Source of the DNA: Camelus dromedarius
Lineage: Eukaryota
DNA: 64,000 nt
Direction: 5' to 3'
Assembly (NCBI RefSeq): GCF_036321535.1
Contig: NC_087437.1
Location: 49,540,001 to 49,604,000, forward strand
Positions 1 through 12,349 of this stretch are shown piece by piece (positions within the stretch are counted from its first letter, which is position 1; the number at the start of each line of letters is the position of its first letter). The notes under the pieces are model-generated. The model ran no database searches. It was given only the letters and a program-made list of their open reading frames with translations, and had not been told where the DNA came from. Made by a program: the position numbers and the translations under genes.

Positions 1-174
1 TTTCTTTGAATATGTCATTTAGCTTTCATCTTTATAAGAATCCTAATGTAATGCTGAAAATGCACTTAGCGATTAAAATCAGGTGTAAAGGTGGCAGTCT
101 GAACACTCCATAGTGCTAATAACTGGTCCTAGAAGAACATCACTTTATTTCTATAAGAATATCATGTTCTTCCA

Positions 175-440
175 TTATTTATGAAATGCCCTAAGATTAA
201 CCATTTATTCTTCTAGGTACTGGAGAAATTGAGTGAGACAAGCAATGAGGTCCTTGTCTTTATGGAGCTTATATTCTAGCAGAAGAGATAGACAACAATT
301 ATATAAATATGCAATATAATTTCAGGTATTGCTAAGTGTTGAGGAAAAATTCAATCAAGATAAGGGAGTGGTTAAGGAGGAAACAGGAAGTGCAAAGGCC
401 TTGAGGTAGGAACAAGCTTGGTTAGTGGGAAGAACCGAGA
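175..440 (-). mobile_element. L2 LINE 3' fragment
   Basis: Antisense L2-like text GTCCTTGTCTTTATGGAGCTTATATTCTAG and AAGTGCAAAGGCCTTGAGGTAGGAACAAGCTTGG. Confidence 0.65.
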
Positions 441-669
441 AAAGAAGTTCAAATTTTTTTCTGATGAGGCCACTCCTAACTCCATACTATGACCTGCAGG
501 GCTTCACATGATCTGACCTTTACCTATCTGTCCTACTTCCTATCTGAGTTTTACAGTTTGGGAGGGAGCTATGGTCACAAGTGAAGTGTCCTTGGGGAGG
601 ATGAGTCACTTTTCCTTAAATTTACTCTCCTAACTTACTTCTTAACCCTACTCTCAAAACAATTCTAAC

Positions 670-830
670 ACTTACTGAGCATCTGCAATCTACTGGCAGA
701 GCACTTTGCAAATGTCATTTATACCAGCCTTATACCAGCCCTACAAAACTGGCAATATTGTTACCATTTTACAGGTAAAGAAACAGACTCAAAGAGGTTA
801 AATAACTTTTCTATGGTTGTTTTGTACTAA
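670..830 (-). mobile_element. MIR SINE fragment
   Basis: Antisense MIR core CCATTTTACAGGTAAAGAAACAGACTCAAAGAGGTTAAATAACTT. Confidence 0.7.
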
Positions 831-1074
831 GAGATGATTTCAGGTCTTTTCTCCACAAAATGACTTTCAATGCCTTGGAGCCACAGTCATCTTAAATAGG
901 GAATGCCAATAGTATATTCTGCTTAAAAGTCAGCTCTTAACTGAAGCCCCAAGGCACACATTGTGGAATAGTACTTCTATTCCCATGAGGAAATCTCAAA
1001 GACTAGCATATAAATCTTGTATATAGTGTAGTACCAAAAAAAAAAAAAAAAAAAGTCCACAATAAAGAAGAAAG

Positions 1075-1215
1075 CCAGGACTCTAATTCTGATGCTACAC
1101 CTAATTAGTTCTGTGACCTTGGCATGCCCTTTGGCCCATCTGAGTCAACTTTCCTGATCTGCAAAATGGGTGTTGTCATTTAAATCTAGCTCAGGTACAT
1201 GTGAAGTTGCTTTGA
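1075..1215 (+). mobile_element. MIR SINE fragment
   Basis: CTGTGACCTTGG...TCTGAGTCAACTTTCCTGATCTGCAAAATGGG resembles the MIR core. Confidence 0.65.
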
Positions 1216-1615
1216 AAAGGAAAATGATAAACATATAAAATAAATTATTACATTCACAGAACTTGATTGTAAATATAATTTTTTGGCCAATAACAAAATG
1301 TCCTAGTAAATGATGGGTTCAGTTTCTGATATTGGAATCTAAAAACACACACATAAACACACACAGCTATTGGATAACTGTAAACTCTCTGTCAGCTAAA
1401 CAGGGTATTTTCATCCTTCAGTCTTTTTCATCCTTAAACTTTAAAGAATATGCTGAGAAGATAAGAAGCTGTTTAGGCTCCTGCCAGATAAGATAAACTG
1501 TGAGGTACCTTCTTTTAAGGCAATAGAAAAAGAACAATTATTTCCAGAAACTAAGAAAGAGACAGAGAAGGAGAGGAAGAAAGAATGGAAGGCAGGTAAG
1601 AAAGAAAAGTTTTGT

Positions 1616-1745
1616 GGGGGAGGGTATAGCTCAGTGGTACAGTGTCTGCATAGCATGCACGAGGTCCTGGGTTCAATCACCATTAACAATACATAAATAA
1701 ACCTAGTTACCACCCCCTAAAAAAATAACATTTTAAAAATTAGAA
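1616..1745 (+). mobile_element. Camelid tRNA-derived SINE (Vic-1-like), long form
   Basis: A box TAGCTCAGTGG, B box GGTTCAATC, 3' AAATAAACCTAGTTACCACCCCC and A-rich tail. Confidence 0.9.
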
Positions 1746-2496
1746 GAAAAAGAAAAATTTCTATTTATGTATGGCCATTTGGCCTTCTGTGGAATGACAG
1801 TTTTAATTAGCTGGTTTTGACCAACTGTAGTCTAGCCCTGCTATAGTTTGGTGTAGGCCTGGAATACAATTACTTTAAAATTCTAAGGAGCTGTCTGTTG
1901 AGGTCTGCATGGCACAGAAGTCTTCAGCCTGGGTGGGCACTTGGCCTCCTGGGTTGAACTTGCCATAGGCCATCACCATTGTTCCTTCAGTCCAGGGAGG
2001 AAGGCTGCCTGAGAAGGAAAAGTTCACTTAGGAAGAGTGGAGATTTGGGAATGCTATAAAATGTAGAGCTGGTGTGGGAAGATCAGTTAACCTATGAGGT
2101 GGTTGTAACCTTTCAAAACAGGGTCAGTATGGTGTAATCTTCTTTCCTAACTTTTCCATTCACATATTTAAACTTTTGTATGGTTTTCTTCCCCAGAAAA
2201 GCATAAGTACTAACGGAAGAAAGGAAAGGAAACTCAAAGTCCTCAAACATGCCCCTGTCAACAGTAATCTTTTTGGACTGAAAAAGGAAGGTTCTACCTA
2301 GAAGAGCTTAAATGGAAAGGAAGGAATCTTACTATAATACTATTATTCAGAAGCTTGAGCAAGAAATTAATTTCCACAATATTTTTCTTCTTAAAAATTT
2401 CCCCTTCTGCTTTAAGAAGATCCCAAATATCTCTTGTGTTTTCAGGTAAGGACTCAAGATCTCTTTCCCTGGGACCAAGGGAGGAGAGGGCAGCTG

Positions 2497-2730
2497 CTGG
2501 TGATGCTGACCAAGAGTGCAGGCTCTGACATCCCTTTACCTGGTTTGAATTCTGTTCTCTCCCCTTCCTAGCTATGTGACCACGGGGAGGTTACTGATTC
2601 TCTTCGATAGTATCCCCATCCAGGGCATGAGACTATTCATGCCTATCTATTAATTAGGATTTAATAAGATTTCAACAGGAAAAGAGATGCAAAATCATTG
2701 AGATCTCACATTTAGTGAGTTAGGAAGTGC
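2497..2730 (+). mobile_element. MIR SINE
   Basis: AAGAGTGCAGGCTCTG...GGTTTGAATTCTG...CTAGCTATGTGACC matches the MIR 5' end and core. Confidence 0.7.
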
Positions 2731-5700
2731 TAATTCCTTTTCCTTGTCTTCCTTGTTTAGTAGAGCACCCCCATGTTTTTAGCAAATCTTACTTAAAAAG
2801 GCATTCAGTAGGAAAGTATTTTGATCTGAAATTTGCATAGCTAAATCTTCGAAGTTTCCCAAATTTTAGGGTCAAAGGCAAAAGACAGAAGTTTTGCATA
2901 ATAATTCATTAGGCTGTAAATCCCTTAATATTTGGGAATACTTCTTTCATATTTTTGTATAAGGCTATTTATTCAATGTTCTTTATGTGCCAAGAACTGG
3001 TTTTAGGTGATGTATATTTATTCTTTCACTTAATTATCCCACTGCTTCTGTTTCCATTTTAGAGCGAGGAAACTAAGGCTCGTGCTCTGAAGCACTGTAC
3101 AGCCTCTTTGGGACCTGATGCACAGTAGATACTCAATAACTATTTGATGGTTGGCTGCATAAATTGGCTGTTACACTTGTAGAGCCCTTTCAACTTACGC
3201 ATCCTCTTCACAGACTGGATCTTGTTTTATCTTTTCCTCAGGCAATCAAATCATTCTTTCCTTCTCTTCTGAATTGAGAGGAACCTTATGGCTTTTAGAT
3301 ACAACTTATGCGCCTTAAAATGTTAATGATTTTGAACGGAGGAAGAGTTTTCCAGTTCAGTCATTCTGATTGGTAAAGCCTTCCAAAGGGAGGAGGGGGA
3401 GATTGGCAGGAGGACACCCAATTCTAAATAGCCCAACCCCGCCGCTTGCTAGGCTCTCTTCCTTGCTAAGAGTGGAAAGCCAAATGACAAGACAAAAGAT
3501 GAAAGCCAGTTTTGATGTTCAAGCCTGCTTTGGTGTCCTTGTAATCGTGTCATAGATCATTTATAGTAACTTAACATAATTACTTTAATAGTGATGCATT
3601 TTATAAATAGACTAATCAATTGTCCTGAATGCAAACTGTAGAAATTAAACAAATTAAGTGTTGAGCTCAAAGGTTTTTCCTTTTTCTTTTTCTTTTTCTC
3701 CTTCTCCTCCTCTTCTTCTTCCTATCCTTCTGTGTCTCTTCCTGAACACAGGCAGCCAGAGATTCAGGCCCCCAGATTTCTCTCTGCAGAGTGTACTTTA
3801 CCTTTTGGATGGGACTTTAAAGACTTTAAACAGCTTGAGACTTATAGTTTGCCACAGGAGCATGTAGCAAATTCCTGTTTCTACTTTTTGAACCAGGAGC
3901 TGGAGTATAAGAGCCCCGCGCAGGAAGTCGCAGGTGGTGGGAAAGGGGAAACAAGGTCATTTTCAACCATGTACATTGAGGTTGTATCTTTAAAGTCAAT
4001 TCTAAATTTAATTGAAAGCCGAGGGCAGAGAAGCCAAGATCGGAGCAATGTGGTGATTTATTCTGAAGCCTGTAAGAAGTCATGCGGCTGAATGTGGGAT
4101 GAGCTGGAGCTTTAATAAAAATGGCACTGGGGAAGCCAGCGGGAAGAGGCACAAGAATGGAACTGGGTTAGATGAAGGATCTCCAGGCCTAAAAGGGAGC
4201 GGGGGTCTGAGAGAGCAGTGTTTGCCCAAACTCTGCTGTTTTTACCATGATGGATGCACGTAAGTAATCGCATCAAAAGGAAAAACCAGGATCAGACAGA
4301 CACCACCAAGACTCTTTAGACAGTGAATTTTGCATGAAATCATTAAGGTGTCCAAATTGCAGAAAGGCTATGGAATGAATGGCAATGAGAACTCCTCTAA
4401 TATTATTTCTAGCTGAAATTTAGCTGAAGAAAAATGACATGTTCCTTTATTAAAACACTCCAGGACTTGACAGCAAAGCTCCCACACATTTCTATGGGTG
4501 TTATTGTCTACTAAATTATATCGGACCATTGCTACAGAAAGTCTATAACATGTTCTCAGAATCAAATCTTCTCTGTTGACAAATGGTTTAGGAACAATCT
4601 TTCCAAGCTTAAAAAAAAAAAAAGAAAGAAAAAGAAACAGGCTTGTAAGCAGGTGTTATATTAGAAAGAGAGCTGAACTAGAAATCACACTTCTGGGTTC
4701 TAGGCTCTCTGATTTGAGGGAGGGGCTAGTCGTCCCTCAGTGGCAGGGACTACATGATCTGTACCTTTGTACCCCTGACTTTCATTTTCATAGGCTCTTT
4801 TCTTTAGATCCACTTCACATCTTATTTGGCATCACTACTGTTACTCATTTTAATCTTGTTAAAGGCACAGCATATGTTCACGGCAGAAAACTTGGACAAT
4901 GCAAAAAAGCATCATGAAGAAAATAAACATCACTTGCAATCTCACCGTCCAGAGATAATTGCTGTTAACATTTTGGTCAACATCACTCTGGCTTAGATAA
5001 CGTTCAAAGGACCAGGAAGAACCAGGCACTGTTTCCTGTTGATGAATGATTGTTAACAGTCAGAATTTGGATGTGGTAGTGGTGTTTCTTTTAAAAATCT
5101 TTCGAGGAAGGATCGCTAATTTTGAGTAAGTCTCTTCCTTGTTGCTATCGCTTCTTTCTAGCTTTCTAGCCTGGCTCGTGATATCAAAATCTGTGCCTTC
5201 ACAGAGGAAACTACATGCCAGGCTCTGCCTGATTCTGTAAATCATGTGCTTATAACCACCAACTTCTAGTCACTGCTAAGTTTCAAAATTTCCTAGAGGG
5301 GCTTAAATATTTATTTAGATCTATGTTTGCTTTTTTGGTAATATTTGAATTACACAGCAATAATAGAAACCTAGAAATAATTGATATGTTGGGATACTGA
5401 CATCATGAATCAACGTTCTTCTAATTACTTCCCTTATTCTTATCATAATATTTGGGCAACAAAGGAAAATAGTAAGGAAAAAAGGTGACAGAGGAGGGAG
5501 CAGGTGAGGAAGAGGGAGTGGGCATGGGCGAGCTCTTTAGAAACAAGAAATTCTGTAGACGACAAACTTTCAGCTTTCTAGTTAAAAAAAAACTCACAAT
5601 AAAAATGCTTTTGCATTTAGGTTTGCTTGATTAGAAGGCTAAAGACTGGGGTTCCAGTCCCTTTGCTACCTGCTGCTTTAGTTTCCCTGAGATCGAATCT

Positions 5701-5954
5701 CCTCACCCATAAGTGGGATACCATCATGGCTCTTACCCACTGTATTTTGCAAAGACGTAAAAGGAAAGTTTAAAGGAAGTAATTATGTAAAGGAAAATGT
5801 TATTTTAGGATTCTGAGATGTTGTGTTTTATAATTATATTTGACAATGAGAATTACTTTGATTAGCCATAGAATTTCCAAGTTTCTAGAGGATCTCCCTC
5901 ATGATAATGTTGGTTCTGTCATAGCTGATGGTGTTGAATTTTTTTCTTTCAGGG

Positions 5955-6185
5955 AGTCAGAGTAGAGCCATGGAAATGCTGGCATGAATTTGGAGTCATA
6001 TAGTATGTGTGATTGGGAGGCCTGGGTAACTGAAGCTCACTGAGACTCATTTTCCTGTTCTGTAAAATGGGGATAGTAAGACCTACCTTGCAAGGCTGCT
6101 AAAAAATCAGGAATAATGTGTGTAAAGCACCAAGCACTGAGTTGGCCGCACAGTAAGTACCTAATCTATAGTTGCTGTTATTGTT
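5955..6185 (+). mobile_element. MIR SINE
   Basis: TTTTCCTGTTCTGTAAAATGGGGATAGTAAGACCTACCTTGCAAGG...TGTAAAGCAC...CACAGTAAG. Confidence 0.75.
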
Positions 6186-6216
6186 ATAACAGAATCAATT
6201 TAAAAATATTCTCCTT

Positions 6217-6348
6217 GGGGGGAGGGTATAGTTCAGTGGTAGAGTGCATGCTTGGCATTCATGAGGTCCTGGGTTCTACCCCCAGTACCTCTGTTAAAAA
6301 ACAAATAAATAAATATAATTACCTTCCCCCTCAAAAAAACCCCAAACA
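6217..6348 (+). mobile_element. Camelid tRNA-derived SINE (Vic-1-like), long form, with perfect 16-bp TSD
   Basis: SINE body; TAAAAATATTCTCCTT is duplicated at 6201-6216 and 6349-6364. Confidence 0.95.
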
Positions 6349-6784
6349 TAAAAATATTCTCCTTCAGACCCCACTCCCACAAATCTTAAATAAAAATACA
6401 AGGGTGTGTTGCTTAAAAGCTCCTGATACACAGCTGTTGTAGTCCAATGCCTTTTAACGGATTCTGTGATTCTGCTCTGAAAAGGCACTTAACAAACACA
6501 GTCAAGACAAAGTTTAGTTTTACCAGCAACATGGGCTTGACTATAAACCATCAGCCTAGAGAAAATCAAGAGGGTGTGCCAGCCCATATCAGGAGAAACA
6601 AATGCACAGTCAAGAGACTTCTGTCAGCATGTTATGTTTCTGGTTGTTTATTCAAAAGCATGTCTTGGACACTAATCATGCACTAATCACAACTGGCCCA
6701 GCTCTGGGCATGCAAAGCTGAGAGGCAGGGTTCACTGTGGTTACTCTCAGTTTCAACTTGCAGGTTGGGAGTTAGAGGGACATA

Positions 6785-6985
6785 GGTGTGAATCCCAGTT
6801 TAGCAGCTTAAGAGACCACTGTTTCCTAGCTGAGTGATGTTGTACAAGCTGATTCACCTCTCTGAAAATCTGCTGGTATGTTGGGTAAAAACAAAGGGTC
6901 TGCTTCCTAGAAAAAAGAATGAACTGAGACCATCAGTTAAAGGGCCTGGGCCGGGCACCTAACAGGTCCTCAGAAAATGATAATG
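6785..6985 (+). mobile_element. MIR SINE fragment
   Basis: GGTGTGAATCCCAG...CTAGCTGAGTGATGTTGTACAAGCTGATTCACCTCTCTGA. Confidence 0.55.
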
Positions 6986-7039
6986 GTGGTAGTCGTTGGT
7001 AATGATGAGATGCAGGCTTCATCTCTGAGGCAGGCTCAG

Positions 7040-7330
7040 CATGGCAGCAGGGAAAAGGTATATGAAGAAAGTCCTGAATAAAAGTATGTGCTCAGTGCTC
7101 CAGGATGATGAAGGTGGAAGTGATGAAGCTGATGTGAAGAGGCTTCAAAGAGAGATATCGGAGCCTCCCCTTGAAAGACGTATAGAAATTCTACAAAAGG
7201 AAAGGAAGAGAGGATGGTCCAGGCAAAGGAGGAAGTACAAGGTGAGCATAAAGGTACAACATTTGGGCTTTGGGCAGGGATGTTGTCCTGTCTTGAGCAC
7301 AGTGCTGTCACGTGGTTAAGGATCATGGGA
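7040..7330 (-). mobile_element. L2 fragment (degenerate)
   Basis: Purine-rich, antisense-L2-like CCTTGAAAGACGTATAGAAATT...TCCAGGCAAAGGAGG. Confidence 0.45.
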
Positions 7331-7429
7331 GAGGAGGTGGAAAGGCCATGCTGCTCAAGACTGGAGATGGCTTTGCACACACAAATGCCACCGGTCTTGG
7401 TGTCTTGAGCAGGAGGCAGACAATGAAAC

Positions 7430-7860
7430 TGTGCCAGACACCCTCCACCTGCCCCTCCAGATCCACCCTCCACTCACCTCCGTCTGCTTGTGACCTCGGG
7501 GCTGATCGGCTGTGGACCACATCAATGGGCTCCCTTGCCCTCTGGCTTCCAATAGGCTTTGGCCAAGGGGACACGGGGAAGAAATCAAAAGCAAGAAGAC
7601 TAAGACTGGGGTATTTATTCCCTTGATGGAAGATCACAGCACCCATCAGGTGGCCTTGTACCCTGCTGTCTCTCCCGAGGATGGGCGAGCACTCTCTGCC
7701 CCACGAAGTCCCGCAGAGACATGGTGAAAGCACCTCACTGATACTGGTACCAAGGTATGGAACCATCTCTTATTGTTTACAGGTAGTCCTTTCATTACCT
7801 CTCCCTAAATTACCCAGTTTAAGGTACCAACTATTTTCTGCCAGGCTCCTGACTGATACA
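7430..7860 (+). mobile_element. ERVL solo LTR (LTR33-like)
   Basis: TG...CA ends; internal CATCAATGGGCTCCCTTGCCCTCTGGCTTCC and GGGGTATTTATTCCC; 3' end AATTACCCAGTTT...CCTGACTGATACA as in LTR33. Confidence 0.8.
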
Positions 7861-8544
7861 TAAGTAAGTAATATAATCAATGTGTTTGTGGGAGAGGGCT
7901 AGGGCCAGGAGATCACTGCACTAATGCCAAAAGACATGACGTTCCAGAGCATACGATTTGTATAAAGAACAATGGTTTGTCCTTTTGTTTGTTTGTTTGT
8001 TTGTTTGTTGTTTTCTGGGGCTGCTCGTCTAAAACCACCTGGAGGCATGGCGTGGCTTCTTGGCGAGTGTCCTCAGCCTTGTCCCTAAGTGAGCCACTCG
8101 ATGTGATTGAAGGACAACGCTATGAAATGATGTTCGCATCTCCATGGACGTACTGACTTCAAGAGGAAGACCTTGAAATAAGCTGTCTCCTGTCCAGATT
8201 GTCCTTCTTATTAGAATAGCTACATAGAACAGAAGTGGAAGTGGTTGTGGGTAGCTGATGTGTCAGGCTTAGGGGAAAAAAAGCAAAAACTTCTTTTGGC
8301 CTGTTTTTCCTTTGCAAGGAGTCAACACCTCTGCCCCTTACCTTACCCCATGTACATAGGCATCATCCACTGTCTCTCCTCCTGCTCTGGGAAGGATGGG
8401 ATATAATCATTTACTTTTCATGGCTCTTCCCAGGGGGGTTGAATTTTGAAACTCAGCTTTAATTATGTAATGAAAGCATATGTTTCCTATTGCAAGAATT
8501 TTAGGCAGCAGTGAGGATGTGGGAGAGATGGGGTGAGGGTTTGT

Positions 8545-8645
8545 ATGTTTGTTTTTCTTATTTTTTAAATGGAGGTACTGGGGATTGAACCCAGGACCTC
8601 ACGTGTGCTTAGCACACACTCTACCACTGAGCTATCCCCACCCCC
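8545..8645 (-). mobile_element. Camelid tRNA-derived SINE (Vic-1-like), short form
   Basis: GGAGGTACTGGGGATTGAACCCAGGACCTC...CTCTACCACTGAGCTATCCCC. Confidence 0.92.
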
Positions 8646-9229
8646 AAGACAGTATTTAAATTGGATCTTGAAAGATGGGTAGAAATGGACATGGTGGGAA
8701 ATTTATGGGCCTTTGTCCCCCATCTTTGCCACTTCCCTTGCCCTCCTTCTCCAAAACAAGGAACCTGCTTCAATGGATGTAGGGAACAATTTCAAATATT
8801 TGATGAACTATTTACATGGGTAAATTTTACCCAAGATGTGCTTCAGGGTGTATATGATCTAGGAAAAATCATATTTTGTGTAGGCTACCTTCACTACCTC
8901 AACCACAAGAGCAGTAAATAAATATTTGCTTCTAATTCCAGAATTAACACACACATACTTTTTGATCATAAAAAAGTTCAAGCATTACAGACATTCTCTT
9001 TGAAATCACCACCCCCAAACCATATTTACTTCTACAGGTATATTGTTCTGTGTGGGGGTCTGGGGTTACATAATGATATCATACTGTGCGTTCATTCTAC
9101 ACTTTGCATTTACCACTCAATATATCTTAGAGCTCATTCTGAGTTGCATCATGGAGATCTACCCTCATTCTTTTTTAATCCTGCCTACAATTTGTATTTT
9201 TCTACATATAGTTTTGGAAACACTTTCAT

Positions 9230-9392
9230 AACTCTTTTGAAAACTTCCCTGATGATAAAAATTACCCAGAAATATTCAGGGCCCTCGCTAGGAGAGTCTA
9301 TTTCCAGAGCAGGACTGGGAAGGGGGTTGGAAAATTATTTTCAATCAATATCCCCAGTGATTTTATTATTTAATAAGGGTGGAAACACTATC
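9230..9392. mobile_element. hAT-Charlie MITE remnant (MER5-like) within old L1ME-like sequence
   Basis: AAACTTCCCTGATGATAAAAATTACC...CCCCAGTGATTTT...GGAAACACT. Confidence 0.45.
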
Positions 9393-9659
9393 CTGGTTTA
9401 TTTAATCATTTCCCTATTAAAGGACGTGTAAGTAATTTGAATTTTTTTGTCTTACAAACAATGCTGCAATGCACATCCTTACAGATTCTTCCTAGTCAAG
9501 TGTAATTTTCTGAGGTTGACATTGAGAAATGGAATTGATGGGTCATGTGGTGTGTGCATTAGAGCAGATTCTGTTAGACTGGCTGGTAATGTGGCTGTAG
9601 CACTGTATGGTCCTATCTCAGAATTATTCTTTTTATATTAAAAAGATGAATTACAGCCA

Positions 9660-10880
9660 ATCTGTCATCATGTCTTAACATCACATCTTACCAGAACTCA
9701 TCATCATAACCTGCCTCTCTCAATCTGTTCTAGCAAAGGGGACTACAGCTCAGCCAGATACACCGGACAGAAATCTGATTCCTCTGACTTCTCACTCCTC
9801 AGCACTAATTGGTCACAAAGCTGATCAGTTTTACCACTTTAATATCAGCAGACTCCTGCATATCTGATATTACTGGCTAATTCAGTTCTGTATTATTTTG
9901 TTTTGTTTTCGTCTTAGACAATATAATAAACCCCTCACAGATCTCCCTGCTCTTCCTTCCACTCCTCCCTAAAATTTATACGTATTAACTGTAGCAACTC
10001 ACTGATGACAACTCTTCAGTGCCTACCAGTTGCCACCAAAATCAACTTTAGACTTAAGAATTTACAAAGACTATGAAATCAACCACTCTTTGCCCATTTC
10101 TATCCTGCTTGATAGAAATGTTGTCTGTGAAGAAATTGAAGGACATGCAGCCTCTCCATTCTTTTAGCTATTCTAGCTTTTATTTACTGAAAAGCAATAC
10201 TTGGTCAGTATTATTGTGTTTCCCTGTAGAATTGCTTTCTAGGAGTTATTGTTTGCTTTGTGTGCATACCTTCCTTTTAAGAAGCACTGCCAAAATCTAT
10301 CTCTATAACCCCCAAATCTAGAACTATGCTTTACTTACACAAATATTGTTGTAGTATGTGTAACTATATATATGCACAGACATATACAAACACACACACA
10401 CACACACGTTGAATGAAAACCAATAGGAAAAATCCATATTTAATCATCTGCCCCAGGATGTCTTTTCTGGTTATTTTTATCTACTATACATTATGTAACC
10501 CCAGACCTACTTACTCTTCCCTACATGCGCCAAGCTTTGTTAACCTCTGTGTGGTATTCTCTGCCTGGACTCCTTCCCCCATCCACCTCTTATTAAGCTG
10601 AGGGTCTCTAAGTCAGCCAGAAGACGGACTCAAAGTCACTCCCATTAGGCTGAGCTGCTTTTTCTTCTGCTCCCATACTGCATGAGATATCACTCTTAGC
10701 ATTTCTCACACTGCTTTGCGGTTGTTTGTTTTTGAGTCTCTCCCTCCTCTCCAGAATGTGTTTCTATAAGGCAGGGTGGGTGTCTTCCTCATCCTTATAT
10801 TACTCACATTGCCTACCAGAAACACGGAACCTCACTCAGCAGTTTTTTAATAAGTAGGTATTGAACAACTGAATCCATGG
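9660..10880 (+). mobile_element. Fragmented L2
   Basis: Pyrimidine-rich L2-like blocks ending ATAAGGCAGGG...TGTCTT...TAAGTAGGTATTGAA; interrupted at about 10100-10480. Confidence 0.55.
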
Positions 10881-11300
10881 CCCTAGCTAGGTCTTTTTGG
10901 TATCAGCAGAGGCAATTTCTTTGAACCTTCTTTCTATACATTGCAGCTACCTGGAGCCCCCGAAGTGGCCATGATTGCCCGAGCTGCCCTCACTTCCAAG
11001 GACGCTGTGATTGCAAAAAAAAGAGAAGTCCTGAGCTGTGAAGGACTTTTCACCCCAGCCTCTGGCACAGAACACATGTGGCTGGAGGTGTGTGGCCAGA
11101 GGACACAGCCTTCCATGGCTGAGGTCACCCTTCTGGCTAACAGCCCAGGTTGTAGGGTAAGAACAGAGGTTGGATTACTGAAGTCTGAATATGCTATACC
11201 CTTTTATCTTTTGACAGCACCACCTCTTCCTAGGAAAGTCTCCAAAACCTTAAATATAAGGGTTATTCCACAAAAGGACAGTTTGCTGAATTTGGTTGTG

Positions 11301-11484
11301 TTTTTTCTTATTGAGGTATAGTTGATTTACAATATTATATTAGTTTCAGCTGTATAATATGGTGATTCAATATTTTTACAGGTTATACTCCATTTAAAGT
11401 TCTTATAAAATACTAGCTATATTCCGTGTGCTGTACAATAGATCCTTGTAGCTTATTTGTTTTGTACATAGTAGTCTGTACCTC
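11301..11484 (-). mobile_element. L1 3' end, 5'-truncated
   Basis: TTATTGAGGTATAGTTGATTTACAATATTATATTAGTTTCAG; degenerate TSD GCTGAATTTGGTTGT / GCTGGGTTTGTTTGT. Confidence 0.85.
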
Positions 11485-12349
11485 GCTGGGTTTGTTTGTA
11501 ATACATCAGAAACCTGTGTATTAGGTTCCATTAAAATACACCGAATTTTTTAGAATCAAAGAAGTCAGCCAATATTTTCCATTATAAGGTGAAGTCGTGT
11601 CCCTTGACAAGTCAGCTAAAATGCTTTTTGTCCTGTATAGGAGGTAAATATCATAACATGTATTTTGAAAAAGATCAAATTTTGAGAAAAGAGAGTAAAC
11701 CGAGGGCCCATCACAACCAGTACAAGAGAATGAGGAACAGTTGGGTGCAAAAGCGGAAGTCTTCGTTAGAGACTAACAGATACCCCACGGGCATGGGAAA
11801 GGCATAGTGAAACCAGCAGTTCTGACAGGGCACTGCGGAGGGGCGGTGGGGAGTGGGGGGAGTGCAGGGAGGAGGGTGCCTGCTGACTGGGAAGGCCTTG
11901 CCCTTGACTTTGGGTTAAGACTTCTCAGGAGACTTTAATTTAAAACTACCAGCAGTTTTAGTCAAGGATTTTCTAGTTTTCCATGATGATTTTAAATTTA
12001 GGGTTTTTCTCAATTTTTGAGCCTGGGTTTCTGTTTATGATTGACTTGGTGCCAAACTGTTACTTTCACTGTACCTGGCTAACAAGGAAAGCTCATTAAT
12101 AGATCTGCTGCCCAAGAGACACACTAGAACCACGCGAAGGCTGAGGCATTCCCCAGACAGCTGTGGAAGGATCCACAGAAAAGCAGGGAGAAACTGGGTC
12201 AGCACCAGGCACCCTGTGGCCTGGTCGTGAGGGCCCGCAAGAACCCCCTAGGAGCCTGTGCTCTTGAAGAGCCGTGATGTGGTTTCAGCAAAATGTCACC
12301 GGTCACATTATCTTAACGTTCATTTGAATTCTCCTTGTTTTGTGATTTG

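Noticed and set aside
719..740. Short tandem duplications (TTATACCAGCC x2; similar cases near 21171, 35893, 38031)
   Set aside because: Ordinary slippage-type duplications.
1616..1690. tRNA-like sequences with A and B boxes (12 copies in the window)
   Set aside because: They have A-rich tails, TSDs and scattered substitutions, so they are SINE copies rather than tRNA genes.
5060..5245. Minus-strand 61-aa ORF with several CpGs
   Set aside because: No recognisable protein similarity or convincing exon structure; the length is within chance expectation.
7036..7863. Cluster of overlapping 60-147 aa ORFs
   Set aside because: They overlap L2-like and LTR33-like sequence, are open on both strands and show no domain.
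8035..8047. CTCF-like CCACCTGGAGGCA (and CCACCAGATGGGC at 43691)
   Set aside because: Core mismatches; cannot be distinguished from chance without matrix scoring or ChIP data.
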